Both the position numbers and the translations under genes were made by a program. Below the pieces are notes generated by a model. It made no database searches, was not told the DNA's origin, and saw only the letters and a program-made list of their open reading frames with translations. Shown piece by piece: positions 49,780 through 60,815 of a stretch of 64,000 nucleotides of DNA (position 1 is its first letter; each line of letters begins with the position of its first letter). Source of the stretch: Lama guanicoe (lineage: Eukaryota). The stretch lies in NCBI GenBank assembly GCA_013239625.1, contig MU056050.1:30337-94336 (forward strand), given 5' to 3'.

Positions 49780-51798
49780 ATGGAGACTAGAAAACTGATT
49801 TCTGCTACAGACATTCAATACTCTGGCAGTCTGCTGAACTCCTTGAATGAGCAACGTGGCCATGGACTCTTCTGCGATGTCACTGTTATTGTGGAAGACC
49901 GAAAATTCCGAGCCCACAGGAACATTCTTTCAGCTTCCAGTACTTATTTCCATCAGCTCTTCTCAGTTGCTGGGCAAGTTGTTGAACTGAGCTTTATAAG
50001 AGCAGAGATCTTTGCAGAAATTCTCAATTATATCTATAGTTCTAAAATTGTTCGTGTTAGATCAGATTTACTTGATGAGTTAATTAAATCAGGGCAGTTA
50101 TTAGGAGTTAAATTTATAGCAGAGCTTGGTGTTCCATTGTCACAGGTTAAAAGCATCTCAGGTACAGCTCAAGATGGTAATGCAGAAACCTTACCTCCTG
50201 GTTCTAGTGACAAGAACCTTGAAATACAAAAATCAAAAGATGAAGCCCAAGATAATGGGGCTACTATAATGCCTATTATAACAGAGTCTTTTTCCTTATC
50301 TGCTGAAGATTATGAGACAAAAAAGATCATTGTTACCGATTCAGATGATGATGACGATGACGTCATTTTCTGCTCTGAGATTCTGCCTGCAAAGGAGACT
50401 TTACCGAGTACCAATGCAGTGGCACAGGTCCAGCCTAACCCAGGCTCTGTTGCTATTTCAGATATTGCACCTTGTGCTAGCAATAGCTCTCCCCCTTTAA
50501 CAAATATCACACCTACTCAGAAACTTCCTACTTCTGTGAATCAGGCAACTCTGAGCCAAACACAAGGAAGTGAAAAAGTGCTGGTATCTTCGGCCCCGAC
50601 ACATCTGACTCCCAATATTATTTTGTTAAATCAGACACCACTTACTACACCACCAAATGTCAGTTCTTCACTTCCAAATCATATGTCTCCTTCAATCAAT
50701 TTACTTGTGCAGAATCAGCAGCCACCAAACAGTGCTGTTTTAACAGGAAACAAGGCCAATGAAGAGGAAGAGGAGGAAATTATAGATGATGATGATGACA
50801 CTATTAGCTCCAGTCCAGATTCAGCGGTCAGTAATACCTCTTTGGTCCCACAGGCTGATAACCCCCCAAATACCACTTTTGATGGATCATTGATACAGAA
50901 GATGCAAATTCCTACACTTCTGCAAGAGCCACTTAACAATTCTTTAAAAATTTCAGATATAATTACTAGAAACACTAATGATCCAGGTTTAGGATCAAAA
51001 CATCTAATGGAGGGTCAGAAGATCATTACTTTAGATACAGCTACTGAAATCGAAGGCTTGTCGACGGGTTGCAAGGTTTATGCAAATATCGGTGAAGATA
51101 CTTATGATATAGTGATCCCTGTCAAAGATGACCCTGACGAAGGGGAGGCCAGACTTGAGAATGAGCTACCAAAAACATCTAGCAGTGAGACGGCAAATAA
51201 ACGTATGAAAGTAAAACACGATGATCACTATGAGTTAATAGTAGATGGAAGGGTCTATTATATCTGTATTGTATGCAAAAGGTCCTATGTCTGTCTGACA
51301 AGCTTGCGGAGACATTTTAACATTCATTCTTGGGAGAAGAAGTATCCTTGCCGTTACTGTGAGAAGGTATTTCCTCTTGCAGAATATCGCACAAAGCATG
51401 AAATTCATCACACAGGGGAGCGAAGGTATCAATGTTTGGCCTGTGGCAAATCTTTCATCAACTATCAGTTCATGTCTTCACACATAAAGTCAGTTCATAG
51501 TCAAGATCCTTCTGGAGACTCGAAGCTTTATCGTTTACATCCGTGCAGGTCTTTACAGATCAGACAATATGCATACCTTTCTGATAGGTCAGGCACTATG
51601 CCTGTGATGAAGGATGATGGTGTTGGGTATAAGGTTGATGCTGGGAAAGAACCTCCAGTAGGGACCACATCTACTCCTCAGAACAAGCCAATGACCTGGG
51701 AAGATATTTTTATTCAGCAGGAAAATGATTCAATTTTTAAACAGAATGTAACAGATGGCAGTACTGAGTTTGAATTTATAATACCAGAATCTTACTGA
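49780..51798 (+). CDS. ZBTB33: Transcriptional regulator Kaiso (BTB/POZ plus three C2H2 zinc fingers), 672 aa, single coding exon
   Basis: N-terminal BTB (LNEQRGHGLFCDVTVIVEDRKFRAHRNILSASS), acidic tracts, three fingers (CIVCKRSYVCLTSLRRHFNIH; CRYCEKVFPLAEYRTKHEIHH; CLACGKSFINYQFMSSHIKSVH), end EFEFIIPESY; acceptor ttacag at 49777 just before ATG. Confidence 0.98.
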   Translation: METRKLISATDIQYSGSLLNSLNEQRGHGLFCDVTVIVEDRKFRAHRNILSASSTYFHQLFSVAGQVVELSFIRAEIFAEILNYIYSSKIVRVRSDLLDELIKSGQLLGVKFIAELGVPLSQVKSISGTAQDGNAETLPPGSSDKNLEIQKSKDEAQDNGATIMPIITESFSLSAEDYETKKIIVTDSDDDDDDVIFCSEILPAKETLPSTNAVAQVQPNPGSVAISDIAPCASNSSPPLTNITPTQKLPTSVNQATLSQTQGSEKVLVSSAPTHLTPNIILLNQTPLTTPPNVSSSLPNHMSPSINLLVQNQQPPNSAVLTGNKANEEEEEEIIDDDDDTISSSPDSAVSNTSLVPQADNPPNTTFDGSLIQKMQIPTLLQEPLNNSLKISDIITRNTNDPGLGSKHLMEGQKIITLDTATEIEGLSTGCKVYANIGEDTYDIVIPVKDDPDEGEARLENELPKTSSSETANKRMKVKHDDHYELIVDGRVYYICIVCKRSYVCLTSLRRHFNIHSWEKKYPCRYCEKVFPLAEYRTKHEIHHTGERRYQCLACGKSFINYQFMSSHIKSVHSQDPSGDSKLYRLHPCRSLQIRQYAYLSDRSGTMPVMKDDGVGYKVDAGKEPPVGTTSTPQNKPMTWEDIFIQQENDSIFKQNVTDGSTEFEFIIPESY

Positions 51799-54738
51799 AC
51801 TTTGAAAAATCAGAAAGTTTTGGTTTGGATTAAGGGGCAGGGCTTTCAGAAGACCTGTAAAACAAATTAATTTGATCTGCCACGTCATCTGAAGGTAGTC
51901 TAGTTGGATTATTTGTTAATAATTTTTAGGAACAAATTATTCTGGAAGTGTGAATAGAGATTAAGAAGTCCCCCTCCCCCAGTATCTGTTTATATAGTTA
52001 GCTTTCAGCACATTTAAAAGAGGCAAAAAAAAAAAGCTTGGAGAGATAGTTTCCTGAATAGAATCTGAAGCAGTCTGAATGTTCTTTGAAAATAACTGGA
52101 GTTATTAGCATACCCTAGTATGTCTTGCAACTTTCCCCTTCCGTGTTAGCACTTTACTGCTGAATTCTCAATTTTCTTAATATTGAGACTATAAATGTGT
52201 GTTGTGTTTTGTATATGGCATAAAAAGGTAACAAGAACTTCTAAAGTTGTCCTGAAAATTTTCAGAATGAGTCTCTGCTTGGTTGTGTATACTGCTAGTC
52301 CAAATAGATAGCAACCTCCTGCCTCCCGCCCCCCATGAAAATGGCCATGCAGACAAGTGTCTCATTTGAAGAATGAATTAGTTTTATGTAATGAGAAATC
52401 TTACTTTTATCGCCATAGTCTGGAAAAGACTTTGGTGGCTGGACTACTGTATATACAGTATATATATATATTTTTGCAATGTGGTTTCCATGGGCAAAAA
52501 TACTAAGGGAAAACAACAAATCTCCATAATGCAGATAGGAGATGAAAAGTTCTGTCGTGTTTGTTTGGAATTCTGTGCTTTTAACGGGATAGAGACAGAG
52601 CATGGAAGTGAATGGAGATTTACTTTTTGCTCAGTATGGTTAAAAATAGTCCCATGAAATTTTTCGAATTTTGAATTTGAAAACCACCAAGTAAATTTTT
52701 ATGTATACATCTTTATAAGTGACAAATTTCATAAATGAGACTCCTACATATTTTGGGCAGGAGGCTACTGGCATATATTTTTAAATGTTCATATTACTTA
52801 GAATCTCTAATAGGACTTTTTTTTTGAAATAGTTGAATCAGTGATCTAGTATTGTCCTTTCAGCAAGACCATTTAGGTTTTTACCCCTTCTAAAATAAGT
52901 TCCATTCCATCTGCAAATTGCTGCAATATTATAGCGATCAGAAGCTGTCTTTGGAAGTTAAATAGGCTTGTTGATTTCCCATTTTATCTTGAGAACAATA
53001 AATACCATTTTTCTCCCTTTTAAAATGACACATTTAAACACTTAGAAAATAAAGTCAAAACTTATTAAAGTGCTAGTATTAAAAGGGAAGCAGGTTGGAA
53101 CAAATATATAGTCTAGCATTTATAACAGGATTGACTTGTTGAACTTCTGTAAATGACTTTTTGCAAAGGAAAAAAATTAATAGATACTGAAAGAGATTGT
53201 TGTGCATAGTTATTAGTCATTTGTAACCTTGCTTAAGTATTTCTTAATTCAACATAGATATTTTCTTTCTCCTTAACCATGTATTTTTGAAAATAGTCTT
53301 ATTTCTTGACTTTGAACTTAAAGCTTTAATCATAATTTCCCATGTATACATCATTCTTCTGATAGTGAACTAGATGTGAAGATAATGGTTTCAGTGTTTA
53401 AGATGGTATCTGAGGGTATCCAGCATCAGTATTTGCAATAATACAAGGAGAAAGAAAAATATAACCGTTTGCATACCGAGGATGGGAATGATGTGCAGCT
53501 ATGTGTTCTCTGTTCTGTGAGTTGAGACCTTCAGACCATTTTGTAAACTAATCCTTGGAAAATTTTAAATTACCTTACAACTTAAGACTCTGATCTCTGG
53601 AATTAGAATATCTGTTTCCTTTTTGTGTAGATATTGGTAACATTACTCTTTGACCATAGGGTACACTCTGAAATATTTTCAATGGAAATTTGTTTCATTA
53701 ATGCTGTCCCACCAGTTAGACATAATTCTTCAAGTTGTGAATGATACTGATGCCAGCAGAGCTTCCAGTCCTTTCAGACTTAACTGCTACATAAATTAGT
53801 CTGTCATAATAAAACTTGGTAGTTTCTACAAGGTTATTATGACAAACCAGGAATTAATTCTATAATGGAAAACTATCTGTTCTGAATTATCTGGATATAA
53901 TTATTTGCTGCTGCTGAGCTCTATGTAAATTCTGAGTATGAAATTTCAAACTTTGCCTACTGAAGGTATCTTCTGGAGTTTTGGGGGAGGAAGAAAACTG
54001 GAAAATTCACTTTAAATTGTATTTTTGCCAGAAGACTCTTACTTGCATGTATGTCAGGGTTTCAGTTTTTCTAGAAGTCTCTATATCCAAAGTTCAGAAT
54101 TCATGTGGAATACTCCTTTGGGGTTAAAACCCTTCACTCCCAGTATTTATGGGGTTGGAAATCTGTAGCAAGATGCTGTTTAAAACTTACCATGGGCTTT
54201 TCCTATTTTATACTTAGTTTTCTGGTATTTGAACTTTTTTTTTCCTTTCAAGTTGGCTTCAAATTTGCTCCTATGCTACATTACCTATAGATATTCCGGA
54301 TAGGAACTATTTCAAATAGCAATTTGTTAAAAAGAAATGACAAAATGAAAATGCTCAAACTGAGCAAAGATTTTTAAATGCCATGGCAGTCTTGCAAGAT
54401 TCACTTAACATATTTTAAATGATCATTATCATTTTGCTGGTAATGATCCCCCACATACAACCACTATGAAGAATTGACGCTGCGGTTTTTCCCGTTGTAC
54501 CAAAAACAAATAGTAAAAATGATCAAGGTATTTTATATTGTCAAGGCATGTGGATTCTAAAGAATGAAATGCTAATTCAGCAGCACTGGCTTTCTCACCT
54601 ATGTCAGTCTTGAAACCTTGTTCATTTGCACCCAATACTGTAATGTTCATACTTGTACAATCTTCCCTATCATGACTTTAAGTTCTACTTTTCATTAACC
54701 ATTACCTGATATTAGTTCATAGAGCTTCTTGTGGCAAA

Positions 54739-54744
54739 AATAAA
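54739..54744 (+). terminator. ZBTB33: Likely distal poly(A) signal of ZBTB33 (3'UTR about 2.9 kb)
   Basis: AATAAA followed by T-rich downstream sequence at the end of a repeat-free AT-rich UTR; proximal AATAAA hexamers also occur near 53.0 and 53.8 kb. Confidence 0.6.
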
Positions 54745-55040
54745 ATGTTTTAATTCTGATTTTTGAGTGCATTTTTTATGAGATTACCTTCCAGGAATTA
54801 TATAGACTTTTATATTCTGTTGCTTTTCAGTTTTTGTAGCAGGAGACTGGAACTGTATTTCTGATGACAGCATGACAGAGTTTCCCATTAGGTTTTATAT
54901 GTTGGTTAATCGCATGCCCATTGTATCTTGAACCATAAAAGTCAAAAGTCAGTCAGCTGCTGTCAGTTGCTTTAGAGCGTTCGTGATAACGTCTGTTGAT
55001 TCCATGAAGACACATGTAAGTTGATAAGGAGGAGGATAGT

Positions 55041-55046
55041 TTTATT
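55041..55046 (-). terminator. TMEM255A: Likely poly(A) signal of TMEM255A (3'UTR about 2.2 kb)
   Basis: tttatt on + equals AATAAA on -, at the far end of the repeat-free segment downstream of the TMEM255A stop. Confidence 0.6.
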
Positions 55047-57246
55047 AATTTGAAACATCACAAAAGCAGTCTGGGTTTCCAACATGGCAGTGATACAGAT
55101 TTTAAGCAACATCCAGTTTATTCAGGTTCTGGATTAATATTTTAATGTTTCATGCCCAGTTCAATACTTTAAAGCAGAATAAGTAATACAGCAGTAAATA
55201 TTACAAAATGCAGTTAAGGTACATTTTGGAAATATAAATTCCTTCATTACAGCAAATGTTTTTGCAAAAGAGTATAGCAGCAAATATTAATTTTTCTAAG
55301 GTAACATGCACTTTTTATAATTCAATGTAATAAAAAAAAGCTGCTCAAATTAAGTGTTACAAAATCTACACTGTTTCAAGTTATTTTGTAAAGTAAGAAA
55401 AATACATAGAAATGAGTCATAGAATCTTAACACTAAGAAATGTGATAAATATAGAATATACTGTGTAATGGTGCCTTTAAAAAATTAAATACTCATACAT
55501 GTTCTCTAAAGCAAAATGTAAAGTGTAAACGGCAAAAAATATTGAGTATTACAAGTTGATATTTGTCATAGTAAGTCAATTGGTTATTCCTTTTTGAACT
55601 CCAATAGAATTTTAAATATGCTCAGAACTAGAAAATAATAGTAATTTTATGTAACGCAAAAGGATTATAGTTGTTCAGATTTGAAATCCGGATGAGACAT
55701 CGTTCATGATGCCAAAAGTTCAACTGAAGGTTTTGCAAACATTTACTGTTAACAGTGAGGGCATTTGTGCCTTGATAATTCTTGATGACTGGGTGTCTAC
55801 AAGGTAGATGGGAGCACCAGCGTTTGCCTGCTACCTCTAATCCAGCAAGTCGGGAGGTAGCGAAGTTGGCTGGAAATTTCTCCTGTGTGTGTTCTGTGTC
55901 TGCAGAACTGTCTAGTTAGGTACCCTCCTGTAGCCCCTGTATTTTTACATTGTACAAGTGTAGGATTATCAATTGTCCTGTAAATCAGTCGATTCTCAGG
56001 TTAACGTAAGATCACAATGAAAATGTTCGTTCCGAAGTGAAGGCATGGGTGCCAAAGTGTTAAATTCATCAGGTTGATGGTTTAAAGCTATATATATTTA
56101 AAAGAACTGTACAAATACCTACCACAATGTGCCAGATGGGTTTTAAATCTACAGTAGTACTGAAGAATTTGTCAAGTTGGCTACAGTTGAGGTTTTACAG
56201 ACTTAAAGCGGCATTGTAACACTTTCATAATCTTGAACGCTGTCATGATTGGTCTCAACAGAAAAAAAAGGACCAATAAGAGCAGTGGTATTAAAATACA
56301 GATGATTCTTCTGGGGTGGGGTGCAGGATACGTGCAGTTTGCTGGGGTTGAAGCACAGTATTTGAAGATTAAATAGTCACAAAGATTAGTAACAATTCAT
56401 ATCACGACCCAAAGAACCTCATCTAGCATTTTATAACTCTGAATTTTAAGATTTCTATCTCCAGCAAGTGCAACATGTAGTAGAACCGCTGTCTCCTAAG
56501 TTATCAGATGTACAACTGAGATCTATTTAAACATCTCACATGTTGCTCTGTGTATTTCAGTGCTGCTTGATCAGTCAGTCATGTTCTCCACTACTTGAAG
56601 GCATATTGCACTTTTCCCTTTGGGAGGTACCAATCACAAAAGCTGAGCTGAATGATCACAACAGCCATTTTTACAATACGGAGAAGAAAGGAGTAAAAGA
56701 GGGGCAGCTTTTTTCAACATCTAGACACAAGCAAACAAAGTCCTATCCAGAACTCTCTGCGCTGGAACGACCATGTAGCCCCATCATCTGGGAAATTTTC
56801 CTTAGGGACTGACTGTAGTGGAAGGGAAAGATAGGGCCTCTAAGCCAGGTGCTTCAACCGAGGTGCTAGGGTGGCAATCTGCCAAGGGCTGAAGGACAAC
56901 ACTCCATTTACATGAAGTGAGGCAGATGGCAACCAGGCTTCTGCTGCACACAGGTGGAGCCACAGGTTGACGCAGGTCCAAACACAAGCTGCTTGCTGGG
57001 ATGGCTCCCCAGCCTGGGTTAGAGAGTGTGCATTGCCCTTCTCGGAGGTGCTGCGCTCAGCCTAGCAACCCCTGCTCCCCACTGATAACAAATAAGCTTC
57101 TTCCCTATCTTTCCCTAGCCAGGCAGGCCATTGTAAAACTTTAAACTATGCGGAAGAATCAACTTTGAATACTGTACCCTACATACTTCCACTAAAGCAG
57201 AAATACAAAAGCCACAATAATGTCAATAGCCAGCAGGCATTCCTCT

Positions 57247-57405
57247 TTAGGGGCTGTAAGGGGGTGGCTTTTCAAAAGGTGGATAGTAGGGTGGAGAGTA
57301 ACGGGGTGGAGCACTCGAGGACCACATGTAGCTGGGCGAAGGAGAGGCAGACTGGGGCTCGTCAGAAAGTCCAGAGGGAGGGGAGGATGGAAAGACACTG
57401 GAATG
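57247..57405 (-). CDS. TMEM255A: Last coding exon of TMEM255A (missed by the ORF track)
   Basis: Acceptor ttgattacacag then HSSVFPSSPPSGLSDEPQSASPSPSYMWSSSAPPRYSPPYYPPFEKPPPYSP-TAA (159 nt), the TMEM255-family C-terminus; expected neighbour of ZBTB33. Confidence 0.92.
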   Translation of the reverse strand, partial: HSSVFPSSPPSGLSDEPQSASPSPSYMWSSSAPPRYSPPYYPPFEKPPPYSP

Positions 57406-60400
57406 CTGTGTAATCAAAATAAAACAATATCAATTTAGGCAGAGAGATCAAAATGCCCCAATATCAGTCATTATTTAAAAATAGATATGGACCCAGTGTG
57501 ATTCTGTTTGGAACAACGAAGAGCACCCAAACCTCACAGGGTTAATGAAACTGAGCTGGTCCCACTTAGTCACTCAGGCTCCAAAGCTTATTATGCAGAG
57601 ATGCCTCGGAATCCTCCTCCCCCTCCCTTTGGACCCTGCATTCAGTCAGTTACCAAATCCTGTTACTCCTGTTTCTATGCTTACTCTTGAATCCATTGCT
57701 CCCTTTACCACGTTTCTAACGCAGTCCTCCAGTACTTCGCCCTTGAGCTATGGCAACAGCGTCCCAGCTAGTCTTCAAAAAAGTAGTCTGGGCCTTAAGA
57801 ACATTTGCGGTTCAGCCATTAATACCTGGGAAAGTCTTTGCTACAAAAATATGTCACAGAGCCCATCTCAGACCAAAACAAAACTAAGGTCAGAGAGGTT
57901 AAGTGGCTTTCTTGGATCTAGGGTCTTCTAAGTCCAACAATGTCTATTTCATCTAAACTCTGGCCCGCCACCCCCAAGTGCAGGGTCAGCTGAAGAGCAA
58001 AGAGGAACAAAAGGCATGGAGGTGAGAAGGCCAGTGATAAGAATGAGGAGCAATTTGTCAGGTTGCAGGGCCGCTTGAGGATTCCATTTTTCTCTGTGTT
58101 GTCCACCTTTCGTAGTCTTTGGGAAGGGGACAGATATGGGTTTTAAAAATACCTAGTGAATCAGCACATTAGGAGTCATCGGCCACTTCTCTCTCCCAGG
58201 CCCATGTATACCCTTGACTTGAATGATTTTCTTGCTCATGGAAAGTTGGCCTTTCTTGTTCACTGCTATTCTCCAGAGCTCAGAATGGTGCTTGGCAAGT
58301 AGCAGGCCCTCAATAAATGTTGGATGAGTGACCATAACGTCAGGAGTACAGAAGATGAGCTTGGCATTTTTTAAAAAAAACAAAATCTATTTCCAATGAA
58401 TATGGTCACATCTTGTGGGTACCACTGCCTTGCTGAAGTAGTGGAGCACAGCTGAGGCCTGAAGGAGGGGTCTACAGGGATGGTGAGAGGCAGGAGGCCA
58501 GTTTTAGGCTCTCAGGAAGAGCCAACGTAAGCCACCAAACAGGGCTGCAGAACTGCGATTGTCTGTTGTGCCTTAGCTCTAGGAGCAACCGCTATATTAA
58601 AAAAAAAAAAGACCAACTTACACCAAAATTTCTCAAAGGTTCAAGCGCTGATGGGGGTGGGCAATACCTTTACTTTGTTCTGCTGGCCTGAGTCTGAGTA
58701 GAGCGTGTTATTTCCAGGCCTGGTGCGATCTATAGTCAGCCTTGCTATAAGGTGTCTGGAGCCTGAGACCAGTTGGCTGATTCTCCTTATCCCCAGGCCT
58801 GACCTTTGCACTCCTTAGGTCATGCTTGAGACACTGAAATCTCTGTCTCTTGCCATATAATGTTAGGACTGGGAAGAAACCGTAGCTGCCACCATCCCCT
58901 CCTCCCTCACCCCATCCATTCTTTCTCCCTGAGTGAGGGAATGACAGGGTCACAGAAAGCCCTTTAAAGGCAAAACAACTTGAGAAACAAGTCAGATTCC
59001 TTTCTATAATCCCAGTTTTTTCTCCTCCCCCCTAGAGAAGATATGCTTTCTAAGACATCGGTCTTGTGATTTCCTGGTTTTCTGCTCCACCCTGCACAAC
59101 TCTCTCCTCTCTCCTGTTGCTCTCATCAACAAAGAGCACTGTCCTCTTAAACCAGAGAGGAGAGCAAAACCCCACCAGGGGCAAGATCTCTGTGACCAGG
59201 ATGTGGTTCTCTGCCCTCCTAAATCCCACTCTGGGATGGTGAGAGTTGGGAGGCCAGTGTGCAGCAGACCGGCCACAGAAGGCAGGAGGGTCAAGTTTTC
59301 TACAGTGGACCTGAAGGTTGTTCTGTCCTAAGAGGCAGCAAAAGGCTGCCATAGGTGGCAGTTGTACACTTTGATCATAAAAGGGGGTGGGGCGATGGCC
59401 TTGAGTTTTCACTTCTCATTTTCATGTTTGAGGAAGTATTAAGGGGGAAGGGAGTGGGATGCTTCTCACTTCCCTTTGAGGATGCTGGGAATCTTAAGGA
59501 TCAAATCCGAGGGCTCCTAGCAGAGCCAGGGAGCTCACTGACCGTAGTCCATGCGCCCTGGGGATTTGGCGGGGAGGGGTTGCCCACAGTACCAGTGCGT
59601 AGTTTCCTAGCAACAGGCAGGCACCTTGGGAAAGATGTGGCTTTGTTGCGGCTGGAGAGCTGGCCAGGTGCATTTTAGTTGCTGCCTTAGAGTCGACTTG
59701 ACTAACGGGACAGGCAGCTCAGGCAGCTTGGAAGAACAGAGCTTTGAATCCTTTTGCACCACAAAGCATGAAAAGCATGAAAAGCATCTAAATGGCCTAC
59801 TGCTGGGTCTGGTCAGCTCCAGCTTCCTGAGCTGCTTCTTAGAGGCTGGGGTGGCCGAGGGGGGCGGTGCTCTGGAGGACCGAGGAGCGCCCTTGCCGGA
59901 CACATGAGGCTCCCATCTCCCACCTTAGCCCGCCCCTCCCTGCCCGATGGCTGACCACACTCCGCACGACTGCTGTGCATTCCTGTCATGCGTGCTGCTC
60001 TCTTTAGAAGCACTGGGAGGCAGTGACTCTGAAAGGAGCCCCAGAACCAGCCGGGTGATAAAGGGTACCAGCAGAAGATCCTGTATCCCAAGGGTAAAAT
60101 ACAGGGGCTCTTGGTTCTTTGCATCCCCCCTCTGTTTCTGGCCCAGAAAGCAAAGCTGGGGTATGGAAAGAAGACTAGAGAAAAGGAAAAGTGAGGAAAA
60201 GGGGGGATCAGAAACAAGACAAAGGAGAAGAAAGGAGAAACTCAGCAGGAGAGGGGAAATAAAGGGGGAAAATTGAGGGGTGGCAGCAGCAGCCTTCGAA
60301 GCTCTTGGCAACCTGTGCCACACCCCACCTCCCCTGGACTACTGCTGTCCACAACTTATAATGGGTCCTTTTCAGTGGTGACGATGAAACCTAGTTACCT

Positions 60401-60815
60401 TCATGTGATTTAAAAAGAGCATAAACAGAGGTGCTTGCATACTGCATAGGCTGAGACTTTGGTTTGAAGCTAAACTTGGCAGGTCACCAAATGGACAGGA
60501 AAGGGACCAGTCCATGGCTAGAGTAAAACAGGGGGCTGGTCCAGTAGGCCAGGCTGGGAAGGATGGCTGCAATCCTTTAGGGGCTTACCCAAAGCTACAC
60601 TGGGATGACTTTCCCAGCAGAAGTAGAAACTGATGTTTTATATGCTACAGAATTTGGCTGACACTGAAGTACAAAGTACAGGTAATGGGGAAAGGAATGC
60701 AAGGGGAAAGAGAAGTGAGCGCTGGGGAGGTGAGGAGGCACCAAGAGTCTCGGCTTCTAGTCTTCCTGCCTGGGTGGATGGGACAGCTGGTTGTGCAATG
60801 TTTGAAAGAATCCTG

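Noticed and set aside
52445..52460. 16-bp perfect palindrome tactgtatatacagta in the ZBTB33 3'UTR
   Set aside because: Adjoins a TA run, so it is likely by chance; it contains a Pumilio-type TGTATATA but there is no further support
59607..59907. GC-rich ORFs on both strands in the TMEM255A intron
   Set aside because: Non-ATG starts, no TMEM255-like sequence and no convincing splice boundaries
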